IMG/VR virus record: IMGVR_UViG_3300048583_000524
Coordinates: 1-50,602 of that record
Reading direction: 5' to 3' (one strand)
Source of the DNA: a virus
Taxonomy: Duplodnaviria > Caudoviricetes
DNA length: 50,602 nt
In this document: one piece after another, positions 18,512-26,292 of the stretch
How the letters are laid out: each line of letters begins with the position of its first letter
Numbering within the stretch: the stretch's first letter is position 1
Notes under the pieces: generated by a model
Told to the model about the DNA's origin: nothing
The model's input: the letters and a program-made list of their open reading frames with translations, nothing else
Database searches by the model: none
Program-made: the position numbers and the translations under genes

Positions 18512-18826
18512 TTAATCTGTTGTTTTCCTTCCACATTGGCAAACCCAATCTACCCTGTTACCACTATCAGTTTGGGTAATTACCTGCCTGTACTCATGAA
18601 TTCCATTGCAAACAAAATACTTATCTCCATAGCATTTCAATTCAGGTGGTGCTAAAAGCGGTTTAGGTAATTCCGCAAAATTTGGGAATTCCAGGCGGGC
18701 TATTTCCTTATCATCATTAATATCTACAACAACTATGCTTCCTAATTGCTGATGCAATAATTCATGCAACATTGCTGTTCGACCAATAGAAGCATCATCT
18801 ACAACTATAATCATTCCCCTTTCCAT
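18512..18826 (-). CDS. Hypothetical protein
   Basis: 104 aa; C..H...CQCG. Confidence 0.65.
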   Translation of the reverse strand: MERGMIIVVDDASIGRTAMLHELLHQQLGSIVVVDINDDKEIARLEFPNFAELPKPLLAPPELKCYGDKYFVCNGIHEYRQVITQTDSGNRVDWVCQCGRKTTD

Positions 18827-18829
18827 ACC

Positions 18830-19075
18830 TTAATTAATTGGCTTTAGAACTATTTCTTCAAATAAGCACCACACTGGCCAGATCCATTCGGGCAGTTCTA
18901 TAAGGCCATGATTCGTTTCCAAGTCATAGTTGAGCAATGGATATGCTTGGCCGTTTGAGTAGCCGATTGCAGTGTGATTTTCTTCCATAGTATTACCCGA
19001 TATTAGATTTGATGTATTCATAGCAATCGGTGATTGTTTCCTTTGTTCCGCTTTTCCACCGGATAACAAAGTCAT
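18830..19075 (-). CDS. Hypothetical protein (start uncertain, possibly about 19021)
   Basis: ORF track; fills gap in operon. Confidence 0.5.
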   Translation of the reverse strand: MTLLSGGKAEQRKQSPIAMNTSNLISGNTMEENHTAIGYSNGQAYPLLNYDLETNHGLIELPEWIWPVWCLFEEIVLKPIN

Positions 19076-19232
19076 CGTTAAGAACTTCTTTGATACATGG
19101 CTTCGTGGTAATTGTAAACTCCTTTGGATGCTTTGGATTGTTCTGGATCCATTCCAGGAAAAGCATTGGACCCTGAGATTGCTTAGGAAAAGACATTACC
19201 CAGCCTGATGCATATGATAGTTTGGCTTTCAT
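18993..19232 (-). CDS. Hypothetical protein
   Basis: 79-aa ORF. Confidence 0.6.
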   Translation of the reverse strand: MKAKLSYASGWVMSFPKQSQGPMLFLEWIQNNPKHPKEFTITTKPCIKEVLNDDFVIRWKSGTKETITDCYEYIKSNIG

Positions 19233-19245
19233 TTTATAAGAATTT

Positions 19246-19665
19246 TTAAGGTTTAAGCAGTTTCTCTGCCCTTTCCCAATGACCGACTAACATCGCTGTA
19301 TCGCCTGATTTTACAATATCAGTTAGCAACTCTTTATATGCATCGCGCTCTGCAGCCATTTTTATTAGTGTATCAATCTTGCTTTCGCCCAACTTCATTT
19401 CCGGGTGTTCGAATGAAACGACCTTCTCGAGAATTTCTTCGGCTTGCTTAATCCAAAGTTCAGGATAGGGCTTTCCTGCACATGCGTTGACACAGGCAAC
19501 GATGCGGGCTTTGTTGGCTAATGTTTGCTCAATAGGAATTGCCAAACTGTACCTACCATTACTATCCTTATTTGTACTGTAGGAAATATTGGTGTCAAAA
19601 TTTGAGCTAAGGATAACGTGTTCTTGTTGTATCCATGGCTCCGGTGTATGCTTTAAATCACTCAT
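19246..19665 (-). CDS. Phage hypothetical protein (KHTPxPW type)
   Basis: Start MSDLKHTPEPW; ANKARIVACVNAC motif common in phage early genes. Confidence 0.75.
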   Translation of the reverse strand: MSDLKHTPEPWIQQEHVILSSNFDTNISYSTNKDSNGRYSLAIPIEQTLANKARIVACVNACAGKPYPELWIKQAEEILEKVVSFEHPEMKLGESKIDTLIKMAAERDAYKELLTDIVKSGDTAMLVGHWERAEKLLKP

Positions 19666-19710
19666 AAATATTAGTTTGTGGCCCGGCAACGCACCGGGCC
19701 CATTTATTAA

Positions 19711-20019
19711 TTAATTCTTTTGAATTGCCAAAATGAAACTTCCACATGCGTTTGATACTTCAATTCCTTCAAATTGATTATCAACGTAAGGCGCCAGATA
19801 ATCTCTGCTACTACCTACAAACCATGCGCCTTCAATACCAAGGGTATTGTTTTCACCATAATTTTTCAGGGTGGTGTCCTTAGCCAACTCAAAAGAAGAA
19901 CCCTTGCATAATTCTATGCAATCTGTCATACTATCAAATCTGCTTTTCACATTAATGTGAAGCGCTTCCCGATGCTTCCTAACGAAATATTTTACTGTAC
20001 TCATTGTAATCCTTGCCAT
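19711..20019 (-). CDS. Hypothetical protein, first gene of minus-strand operon
   Basis: Start MARITMST at 20019, 25 nt downstream of a -7 element. Confidence 0.7.
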   Translation of the reverse strand: MARITMSTVKYFVRKHREALHINVKSRFDSMTDCIELCKGSSFELAKDTTLKNYGENNTLGIEGAWFVGSSRDYLAPYVDNQFEGIEVSNACGSFILAIQKN

Positions 20020-20043
20020 AATTGTGTTGTTTGAATTGTTTAG

Positions 20044-20110
20044 CAAACATAAAAAGAATTTAGTAAATTATACTATTAAGTAGTATTATTTATTTTTTCG
20101 TTTACTTTTG
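20044..20110. promoter_or_regulatory. Divergent promoter pair with central palindrome
   Basis: Minus-strand TATGTTTG (20051-20044), plus-strand TACTTTTG (20103-20110), both exact TAnnTTTG; TAGTA-AATTA-TACTA at 20061-20075. Confidence 0.7.
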
Positions 20111-20157
20111 GTTTCTCTTACCAATCGGAAACATGTAATACCACAAATTATTAGCCT

Positions 20158-20865
20158 ATGTCACAACAATCTGAATCCCAGTCCAGCCTACAAAAGCTGG
20201 CAGAAGGGATTACATTTATCAGGGATAATGCCCCAAAAATTGCTCCTGAATCGGAAAACCAAATAGTAGTGACCGGAGTGGTTGCATCATTGGACCGCAT
20301 TCTTAACCGGCTTTTCTTTTTGGCTGGTATTACCCATTCAAAAACCTTTGAGCCGCTTCCACCAATCGTACTTGGTGAATCTGAGAAAGTAATAGATCAC
20401 AAGCCCACGCCTGATGAAAGGCAATTGTATTTGAATAAGGTTAAGGCGCTCTCCGATCAAATTACAACCCTGCATCCTGATGGTATTCTGAATGATTACA
20501 CTTTACCGGAAGATGTATTGGTTATCCGTGGGGTTGCTAAGCGTGCGGGAATTGAAAATTATGAAGATGCTGAATTGACAGTTGAATTCATTGAAGCTAT
20601 CCAGGAAGCTATTAAGGCTAATGAAGCGGATGATGCATTGCAAGCTAAGATAGATGCGCAATTGGCCGAAGGGGAAAAAGAGCATAATGGCAAGGATCCT
20701 GATACATTAAATTGGAGTGATGAAGATATTTTGGATGCCTTCGGACAGGAAGATCATGATGAAGATTCCTTTGACGATGCTGATATTCCTGAATCAGAAC
20801 AGCCGGCAGCAGAAGTTGCCGAGCGCAAAAAGCCAGGCCCTAAACCAAAAGCCAAGCCGGAATAA
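20158..20865 (+). CDS. Hypothetical acidic protein
   Basis: 235 aa; first gene of tail operon. Confidence 0.75.
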   Translation: MSQQSESQSSLQKLAEGITFIRDNAPKIAPESENQIVVTGVVASLDRILNRLFFLAGITHSKTFEPLPPIVLGESEKVIDHKPTPDERQLYLNKVKALSDQITTLHPDGILNDYTLPEDVLVIRGVAKRAGIENYEDAELTVEFIEAIQEAIKANEADDALQAKIDAQLAEGEKEHNGKDPDTLNWSDEDILDAFGQEDHDEDSFDDADIPESEQPAAEVAERKKPGPKPKAKPE

Positions 20866-21635
20866 TGCGGATCCAAATCAACGGCAATATCGTAACACTT
20901 CCAACCAGCCTTAGGGAGATAACGCTCGGCCAGCGCATTGATTTCCATGATCAATATGGTCGGGATTTCGATACCATGGCAAAAGGCATTATTGAAATGC
21001 CTGATGGGTTGGACAAAGAACTGGAAATAGCGCAATTCCAGTTTGAAAAGATGTTTGCCGTTTTCGCCTTCTTCACAGGTACCACACCCGAAGCTTTAAA
21101 AGAAAGCGAGTATGTTGATCAGATTGCTAATATATATCTGTCAAGCCTTGCGGTACTGATGGAAGAAGAAAACTATCCTGAATTGCAGCATTCATTTTTC
21201 TGGAAAGATGTTACCTGGAAACTACACCCTACCGAACTAAAACAGGGTAGTATGATGACTTTCGGTGAATTCATCGACAGTAAGCAGATGGTAAAAGACA
21301 TGGAAGAATTGGGGCAAGGTAAATGGGAATCGATGCTTCGGTTAGCTGCAATATTTCTCCGCAAGGAAGGAGAGCAGTATGATGCATCATTCCTTTATGA
21401 AGATAGTGACCGATTGAAACTAATGCGGGAGTTACCTATGGATATCGCGATGCAGATAGGTTTTTTTTTGACCGGCTGTCTACGTTCATTTCTGACCACT
21501 TTCCCGTTTTCTTCCCAGGACGTGGACCAAAAGCTGGAAACCACAGCAAGAAACACTTTGAAAGGTTCGGCTGGATCAACTTCCTTAAAAGCATCGCAAA
21601 AACAAAGGTCTTCGATATCCCCAGCAGTGGGCTAA
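20865..21635 (+). CDS. Tail assembly chaperone (gpG-like)
   Basis: LREITLGQ, MTFGEFID motifs; contains slippery GGTTTTTTTTTG. Confidence 0.7.
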   Translation: MRIQINGNIVTLPTSLREITLGQRIDFHDQYGRDFDTMAKGIIEMPDGLDKELEIAQFQFEKMFAVFAFFTGTTPEALKESEYVDQIANIYLSSLAVLMEEENYPELQHSFFWKDVTWKLHPTELKQGSMMTFGEFIDSKQMVKDMEELGQGKWESMLRLAAIFLRKEGEQYDASFLYEDSDRLKLMRELPMDIAMQIGFFLTGCLRSFLTTFPFSSQDVDQKLETTARNTLKGSAGSTSLKASQKQRSSISPAVG

Positions 21636-21775
21636 ATAGTATTGACTGTGCAAGGCGGGCTTCGCTTTTCGATGTGCTGATATATGCAAGTGAAGAAAAA
21701 GAATTGGGTGAAGCGCAGGCCCTGGATCATCAGGCTGAAATGAATAAACAACGTTCACAACAAAAATCAAAATAA
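21459..21775 (+). CDS. -1 frameshift extension of tail chaperone (gpGT-like)
   Basis: T9 run at 21461-21469; -1 frame open for about 100 codons (DRLSTF...FERFGWINFLKSIA...LFDVLIYASEEK...) to TAA 21773-21775 with no usable own ATG; stop overlaps next ATG. Confidence 0.8.
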
Positions 21776-22047
21776 TGAGATCAGGAATTAAAAAATTGGC
21801 GGCTCTAATGGGAATTATAGCGATGGCCGGGGCACCTGCTGCCCATGCTTCTCAGGCAAGCATGGGTCAGGTTCAGCATGAGTATAAGGTTAGTGCTAAC
21901 AGGCCAACCGTTCAATCAGAGCGTAAGCAATTCAATGGCAACCGCAATCCTTATCGGCCATCTAAATGGGCCGGCGGCAACCAACGTCAGCAAAGAAAGC
22001 GTTGGAGCCAATGTCCTTGGACCCGTCCTGCAAAGAATCGTAAATAA
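21775..22047 (+). CDS. Small basic protein with signal-peptide-like N-terminus
   Basis: MRSGIKKLAALMGIIAMAGAPAAHA, then Arg/Lys-rich segment. Confidence 0.6.
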   Translation: MRSGIKKLAALMGIIAMAGAPAAHASQASMGQVQHEYKVSANRPTVQSERKQFNGNRNPYRPSKWAGGNQRQQRKRWSQCPWTRPAKNRK

Positions 22048-22054
22048 AACAACC

Positions 22055-22228
22055 ATGGATGTCATAACAAAAGCTGAAGAGCTTCAAAAGGACTGCCATT
22101 TATTCACTAGCGATTTGAATGGAAATGTTGCTGCTATACAGCCGCAAGACGCAACCAATGTTTGGCTGTTCAAAAAGCTTGCTGAGTTAGAATTGCGATT
22201 ACAGGCCCTTGAAGAAAGCAATAGTTGA
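22055..22228 (+). CDS. Hypothetical protein
   Basis: Start MDVITKAEEL at 22055. Confidence 0.6.
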   Translation: MDVITKAEELQKDCHLFTSDLNGNVAAIQPQDATNVWLFKKLAELELRLQALEESNS

Positions 22229-22267
22229 AATAAATCTTTTTACCAATAATCTAAATTAACCAAAACT

Positions 22268-22723
22268 ATGATTGCACAAAGATTTCAAGAAGAATTCCAA
22301 AAGGATTTAAAATCCAATCTATTACCAACCGGCTACACAACATCAGAATGGTTTGATGCTGCCATGTATGCCTTGGGTCAGGCTTCACCCGCTCAATTAG
22401 GCATTTCAGTTTCAGATTATGAAACTCTGCATCTTAAACTTTCAGGATGCTCCATTGCTCCCCTTTCCATGTTTGAATTTGCAGTGGCCAATAACATGCT
22501 CGAAGGAAGTTCACGCAAGGCGCTTGATTTGAACTTTCCAAGTTACATAACCCTTCAAAAAGAAGTGTACAACCTGGCTAAAGATTGGACAGCCCGTACC
22601 GAAGTAATCAGGACCGCTGTACAAAAGCGTATTAATGAAGAAGAAAAAGCTAAAGCCGCTCTTAATGGAGAAAGAGCTAAGCCCGAACCCGGATTTATGA
22701 AACCAGTAATTGGTGAAGCATAA
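22268..22723 (+). CDS. Hypothetical protein
   Basis: 151 aa, TAATG-coupled to next gene. Confidence 0.75.
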   Translation: MIAQRFQEEFQKDLKSNLLPTGYTTSEWFDAAMYALGQASPAQLGISVSDYETLHLKLSGCSIAPLSMFEFAVANNMLEGSSRKALDLNFPSYITLQKEVYNLAKDWTARTEVIRTAVQKRINEEEKAKAALNGERAKPEPGFMKPVIGEA

Positions 22724-23295
22724 TGCAGCCATATAGCCTACTATATCAGATTTTTAAAGCAGTGCTCAATCAATCCGCTACCATTCAAGGCCGGGTTTAT
22801 TGGGCACCGCAATTTGGTATTGAAATAAATACCGATCAGCTTAACCAGGTCTTTTCCGAGCATTCCATTCCAAAGAAATATCCGCTTTCGCTTATCATGC
22901 CACCAAGGAGCAATGGCAAGATGGGTGTAAAGAGCAATGTCTGGGAAAGCTATTCAATCACAATGTTTTTCCTGCGTACTACCTATTACGAAGGCACTCA
23001 GGTTGCCAGGCGTAATCTTAAAACCGGAACATCGGAAAGGCCGGTGACAGAAGACTGGGACGCTATGAAGGCAGCTAGCAATGACTTTATTAAAGTAGTG
23101 AAATTGGTGCAAGATCGCGACCGGCTTTATCAAACATCGTTCAGGCTATCAGATGATCCTGCTTACTCAGTACCGGTATCGTTTGTCGGTACTGATCGGG
23201 TTTCAGGAGTAAGGCTAGATTTCAAGTGCTCAATTTTTGTTCCCTGTGAATTAACGGATTACGATCCTGATAACATTCCAAATATATCAATATGA
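22723..23295 (+). CDS. Putative tail terminator/completion protein
   Basis: Size, position and KYPLSLIMPP...VSGVRLDF pattern. Confidence 0.5.
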   Translation: MQPYSLLYQIFKAVLNQSATIQGRVYWAPQFGIEINTDQLNQVFSEHSIPKKYPLSLIMPPRSNGKMGVKSNVWESYSITMFFLRTTYYEGTQVARRNLKTGTSERPVTEDWDAMKAASNDFIKVVKLVQDRDRLYQTSFRLSDDPAYSVPVSFVGTDRVSGVRLDFKCSIFVPCELTDYDPDNIPNISI

Positions 23296-23552
23296 ACCTG
23301 GATAAAGAATCAGAATTAAGGCAGTTTAATGCAAAGATGAACGCGGAGTTTAAACCTTCTTGCGAGCTGCCGCAGGTTGAAGAAACCGATGCCATCGCAA
23401 AGCCGGAAGTTAAAACCGCAGATAGCATCGACCCTGCACGTTTGGAAGCAATGAAACAACGGGCCAAGCAATTAAAAACCAAACACCCACACATGAAAAC
23501 TAACCGCATCATGCGGAAGGTGGCTGAAGAATTCAAAATAAAATTGGTATGA
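23292..23552 (+). CDS. Hypothetical protein
   Basis: 86 aa, ATGA-coupled. Confidence 0.7.
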   Translation: MNLDKESELRQFNAKMNAEFKPSCELPQVEETDAIAKPEVKTADSIDPARLEAMKQRAKQLKTKHPHMKTNRIMRKVAEEFKIKLV

Positions 23553-23812
23553 CATCAACAGATATCGCAAAACTGATTCCTGCAGAATATAGGAAGGAGA
23601 TATTGGATTTGAAAATGATTGAGCATGCACAAGCTATTCAAACCAATGATGATATGCATTACCTGTTTACCATCTGGAAAAACTACATCGAGCCTGGTAT
23701 TGAAATGGATTGTGGATTATGTATTCAGCGAATACTTGGGAATTATAAGCAGCTATTACCTGTGCTGATTACGCTTGAAAAGGATTTGCAATTATTAAAT
23801 GAAGTCGATTGA
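23549..23812 (+). CDS. Hypothetical protein (CxxC)
   Basis: 87 aa, ATGA-coupled. Confidence 0.7.
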   Translation: MTSTDIAKLIPAEYRKEILDLKMIEHAQAIQTNDDMHYLFTIWKNYIEPGIEMDCGLCIQRILGNYKQLLPVLITLEKDLQLLNEVD

Positions 23813-24287
23813 AGCCATATATCGTGGGGCACAAAAGATCCTTGAAAAAGCTATCCGAGATGAAAGCCGGGCGCAAGGTCACTATCTGACAGGTGCCATG
23901 GAAGAGTCGCTTGATGCTAATAATCAAAAACAAGCCGATGCAGATGTATTGGAAGGAACGGCAATCAATTATACGAAATATGTAAACGAAGGTGTGAGAG
24001 CTGAAAGTGCAAGCTTCAAGCAATTTCCTTTTCTCATAAGATACTTTCAATTAAGAGGACTCCCGGAAGAAGAAGCAAAGAGAGCTGCCGCAGCAACTAT
24101 TCGGGTTTGGCAAAAAGAAGGTATGCCAACGGAAGCGAGCTCACGGTTTAGCAAAAACAGAAAGCGTAAGCAGATGATTGAAGATGCTATAAAAGATGCA
24201 AGCAACGCACTCGATAAATACATGAGTACTTCATTGGATGCAGCTGTATCAAAAGAATTTTTAAAAGAAAAAAGCGAAACCATTTAA
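23799..24287 (+). CDS. Putative neck/tail completion protein (HK97 gp10-like)
   Basis: TGAMEESL...YTKYVNEG pattern. Confidence 0.55.
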   Translation: MKSIEAIYRGAQKILEKAIRDESRAQGHYLTGAMEESLDANNQKQADADVLEGTAINYTKYVNEGVRAESASFKQFPFLIRYFQLRGLPEEEAKRAAAATIRVWQKEGMPTEASSRFSKNRKRKQMIEDAIKDASNALDKYMSTSLDAAVSKEFLKEKSETI

Positions 24288-25726
24288 TGGCGATATCATC
24301 TATCATACAACAGCCGGAAAGTAATAGTTTGCATGCCGCTTACAGGCCTGTATTATTTCGTGTGGTAGCCGATGGCAGTACCCCACCCCCCGTTGTTTAT
24401 TGCGACATATATTTTAACGGTGTTTATTACCGAACTATCAGTAAAACGGTTTATGCCAAATTAAATACCAGTACATCAGAATGGCTTTTTGATATCCAGG
24501 GTCCTGCACAAGAATATGTAAAGCATTTCTTGGCCACAAATGGTGGTGGAGTTTTGTCGCAGGCAGTACCGATCATGGCTCGCACCTTTTGCCGCTTCCG
24601 GGCCAGCGATAAGGATCCTGATGGATTTATCATTATAGATGGTACAATGCCAGTTCAGGGAACTGCAACAAAGAAGCCTATATCGGGTACCGGTATGGAA
24701 TCGAATTCATGCTTTATCCTAAATGCAACCCTGCAGCATGAAGACAATCAAATATTACCAACCCATCTGAGTGCATTTAAAACCGGTACATGGGCTGATG
24801 ATTGCTATCCGGTAACACACCGGCCAACACAAAGTATTTCAATTGGAAATTCAGACTATTTCCCTATAATTACCGATGGTGAAATATGCATCACCAAATT
24901 GATCCTTAATTACAAATTAAAAACCAGTTCATCTTTTGTCGCGACTGAAATAGATATCAATGATGTATGCGACGGTGCCATTGCATCAATCACAACTTCC
25001 CAGGTACCTGCTACTACCAATATAAATGTATCGTGGGAATTCACCGGCTCTCCTACATCCTTTGATTATCGTGTTGATGGCGGTGTTTGGATTAATACCA
25101 CCGAAACAACTATTGTCCTTACCGGTCTTGCCGTTGGTCCGCACAATATTGAAGTTCGACCTATTTGCAGTTGTGCTACCGGTACAAGCCTTCTTAAATC
25201 GTTTACCGTTGGCGATGTATCAACTACCTGCAATTCTGTAGTAACAATTGAAAGTATTACTGCAACTGGTGATAGAGAAATTACAATTGTTTTCTCATCA
25301 ACAGGCCCGGCCACCAATTGGCGATATCGCTTAAATGGTGGTAGCAATGTAGCTATTACCAGCACAACATTGGTGCTTACTGATCTTAGTTTTGGTAGCC
25401 AAAGCATAGTTATTGAGCCTGTTTGTGATGATTTTCAAATAGGTGTCGGTGATTCGGAAGATTTTATAGTAGAAGCGGATAATCCATCGGCTCTTGCTTT
25501 CTCAGTAAGACTTACAGATATTATTGAAGGTCACTGTGGTGCAATTGAAACCACTGCATATTCTGACAGCTTCTCTTTTGGTGCAGGAATCATTCTTTAT
25601 ATAGATCCTTTGTTCATAACCCCAATAGGTGGTTACAATTTTGTAAGCATCAGCGGGAGTGGTACAATACACACTATCGACCCATTCACAGGCGAAGTTG
25701 GAGCCGCAACATCTAATAGCTGCTAA
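24287..25726 (+). CDS. Tail/baseplate structural protein with FN3/Ig-like repeats
   Basis: Two beta-sandwich repeats (YRVDGG...LTGLAVGPHNIEVRPIC; YRLNGG...LTDLSFGSQSIVIEPVC). Confidence 0.7.
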   Translation: MAISSIIQQPESNSLHAAYRPVLFRVVADGSTPPPVVYCDIYFNGVYYRTISKTVYAKLNTSTSEWLFDIQGPAQEYVKHFLATNGGGVLSQAVPIMARTFCRFRASDKDPDGFIIIDGTMPVQGTATKKPISGTGMESNSCFILNATLQHEDNQILPTHLSAFKTGTWADDCYPVTHRPTQSISIGNSDYFPIITDGEICITKLILNYKLKTSSSFVATEIDINDVCDGAIASITTSQVPATTNINVSWEFTGSPTSFDYRVDGGVWINTTETTIVLTGLAVGPHNIEVRPICSCATGTSLLKSFTVGDVSTTCNSVVTIESITATGDREITIVFSSTGPATNWRYRLNGGSNVAITSTTLVLTDLSFGSQSIVIEPVCDDFQIGVGDSEDFIVEADNPSALAFSVRLTDIIEGHCGAIETTAYSDSFSFGAGIILYIDPLFITPIGGYNFVSISGSGTIHTIDPFTGEVGAATSNSC

Positions 25727-25728
25727 TT

Positions 25729-26292
25729 ATGAAAGCAATATATATTCCTTCAGGTGCAAAAAATTTAGTCCCCCTTTTCCCGGGTGTAAATTTTTCCAAC
25801 GTAGCCGAGTACTTCGTCCAATTGAAAAATAGTGATGATGAGATTATCTGCACAAGTAATTTGTATCGCCTTAAGATTGGATGCGATGATACGATAAGGA
25901 TCCACTTTCTTAATTCCCTTGGCGCTATTGATGCTGCGAACTTCGACGAAGTGATTATTCAGCAGGAAACCGATTCAGATGCACGTCGCATTGCCCCAAC
26001 AGTTCCATTACAAAAGCCTGTACATGCCACAAACCGATTCAATATAAGGGCTAATGATAAATACATTGTAAAAACAACAGATTACGGTGAAGATGATATG
26101 CCATGGATTGAAGAGCTTTTTAATTCGCCAATTGCCTGGATAGAATGGAAAGGAATACAATCACAGGCAGATAGTTACCTGCCTATTGTCATTGCAGATA
26201 GCAAATTTGAAAAGCTGAAATCAGATGGCCGATACATCTATGAAGTGGAAGTACAGTTCATTCTCAGTCATCCAAAATTCATTATCAGATAA
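25729..26292 (+). CDS. Putative distal tail/baseplate protein
   Basis: HFLNSLGAID...WIEELFNSP motif seen in Bacteroidota siphovirus tail modules. Confidence 0.55.
   Translation: MKAIYIPSGAKNLVPLFPGVNFSNVAEYFVQLKNSDDEIICTSNLYRLKIGCDDTIRIHFLNSLGAIDAANFDEVIIQQETDSDARRIAPTVPLQKPVHATNRFNIRANDKYIVKTTDYGEDDMPWIEELFNSPIAWIEWKGIQSQADSYLPIVIADSKFEKLKSDGRYIYEVEVQFILSHPKFIIR

Noticed and set aside
15205-20157. Invertible segment (phase variation)
   Set aside because: No inverted repeats seen at the boundaries and no invertase; a divergent promoter explains the orientation
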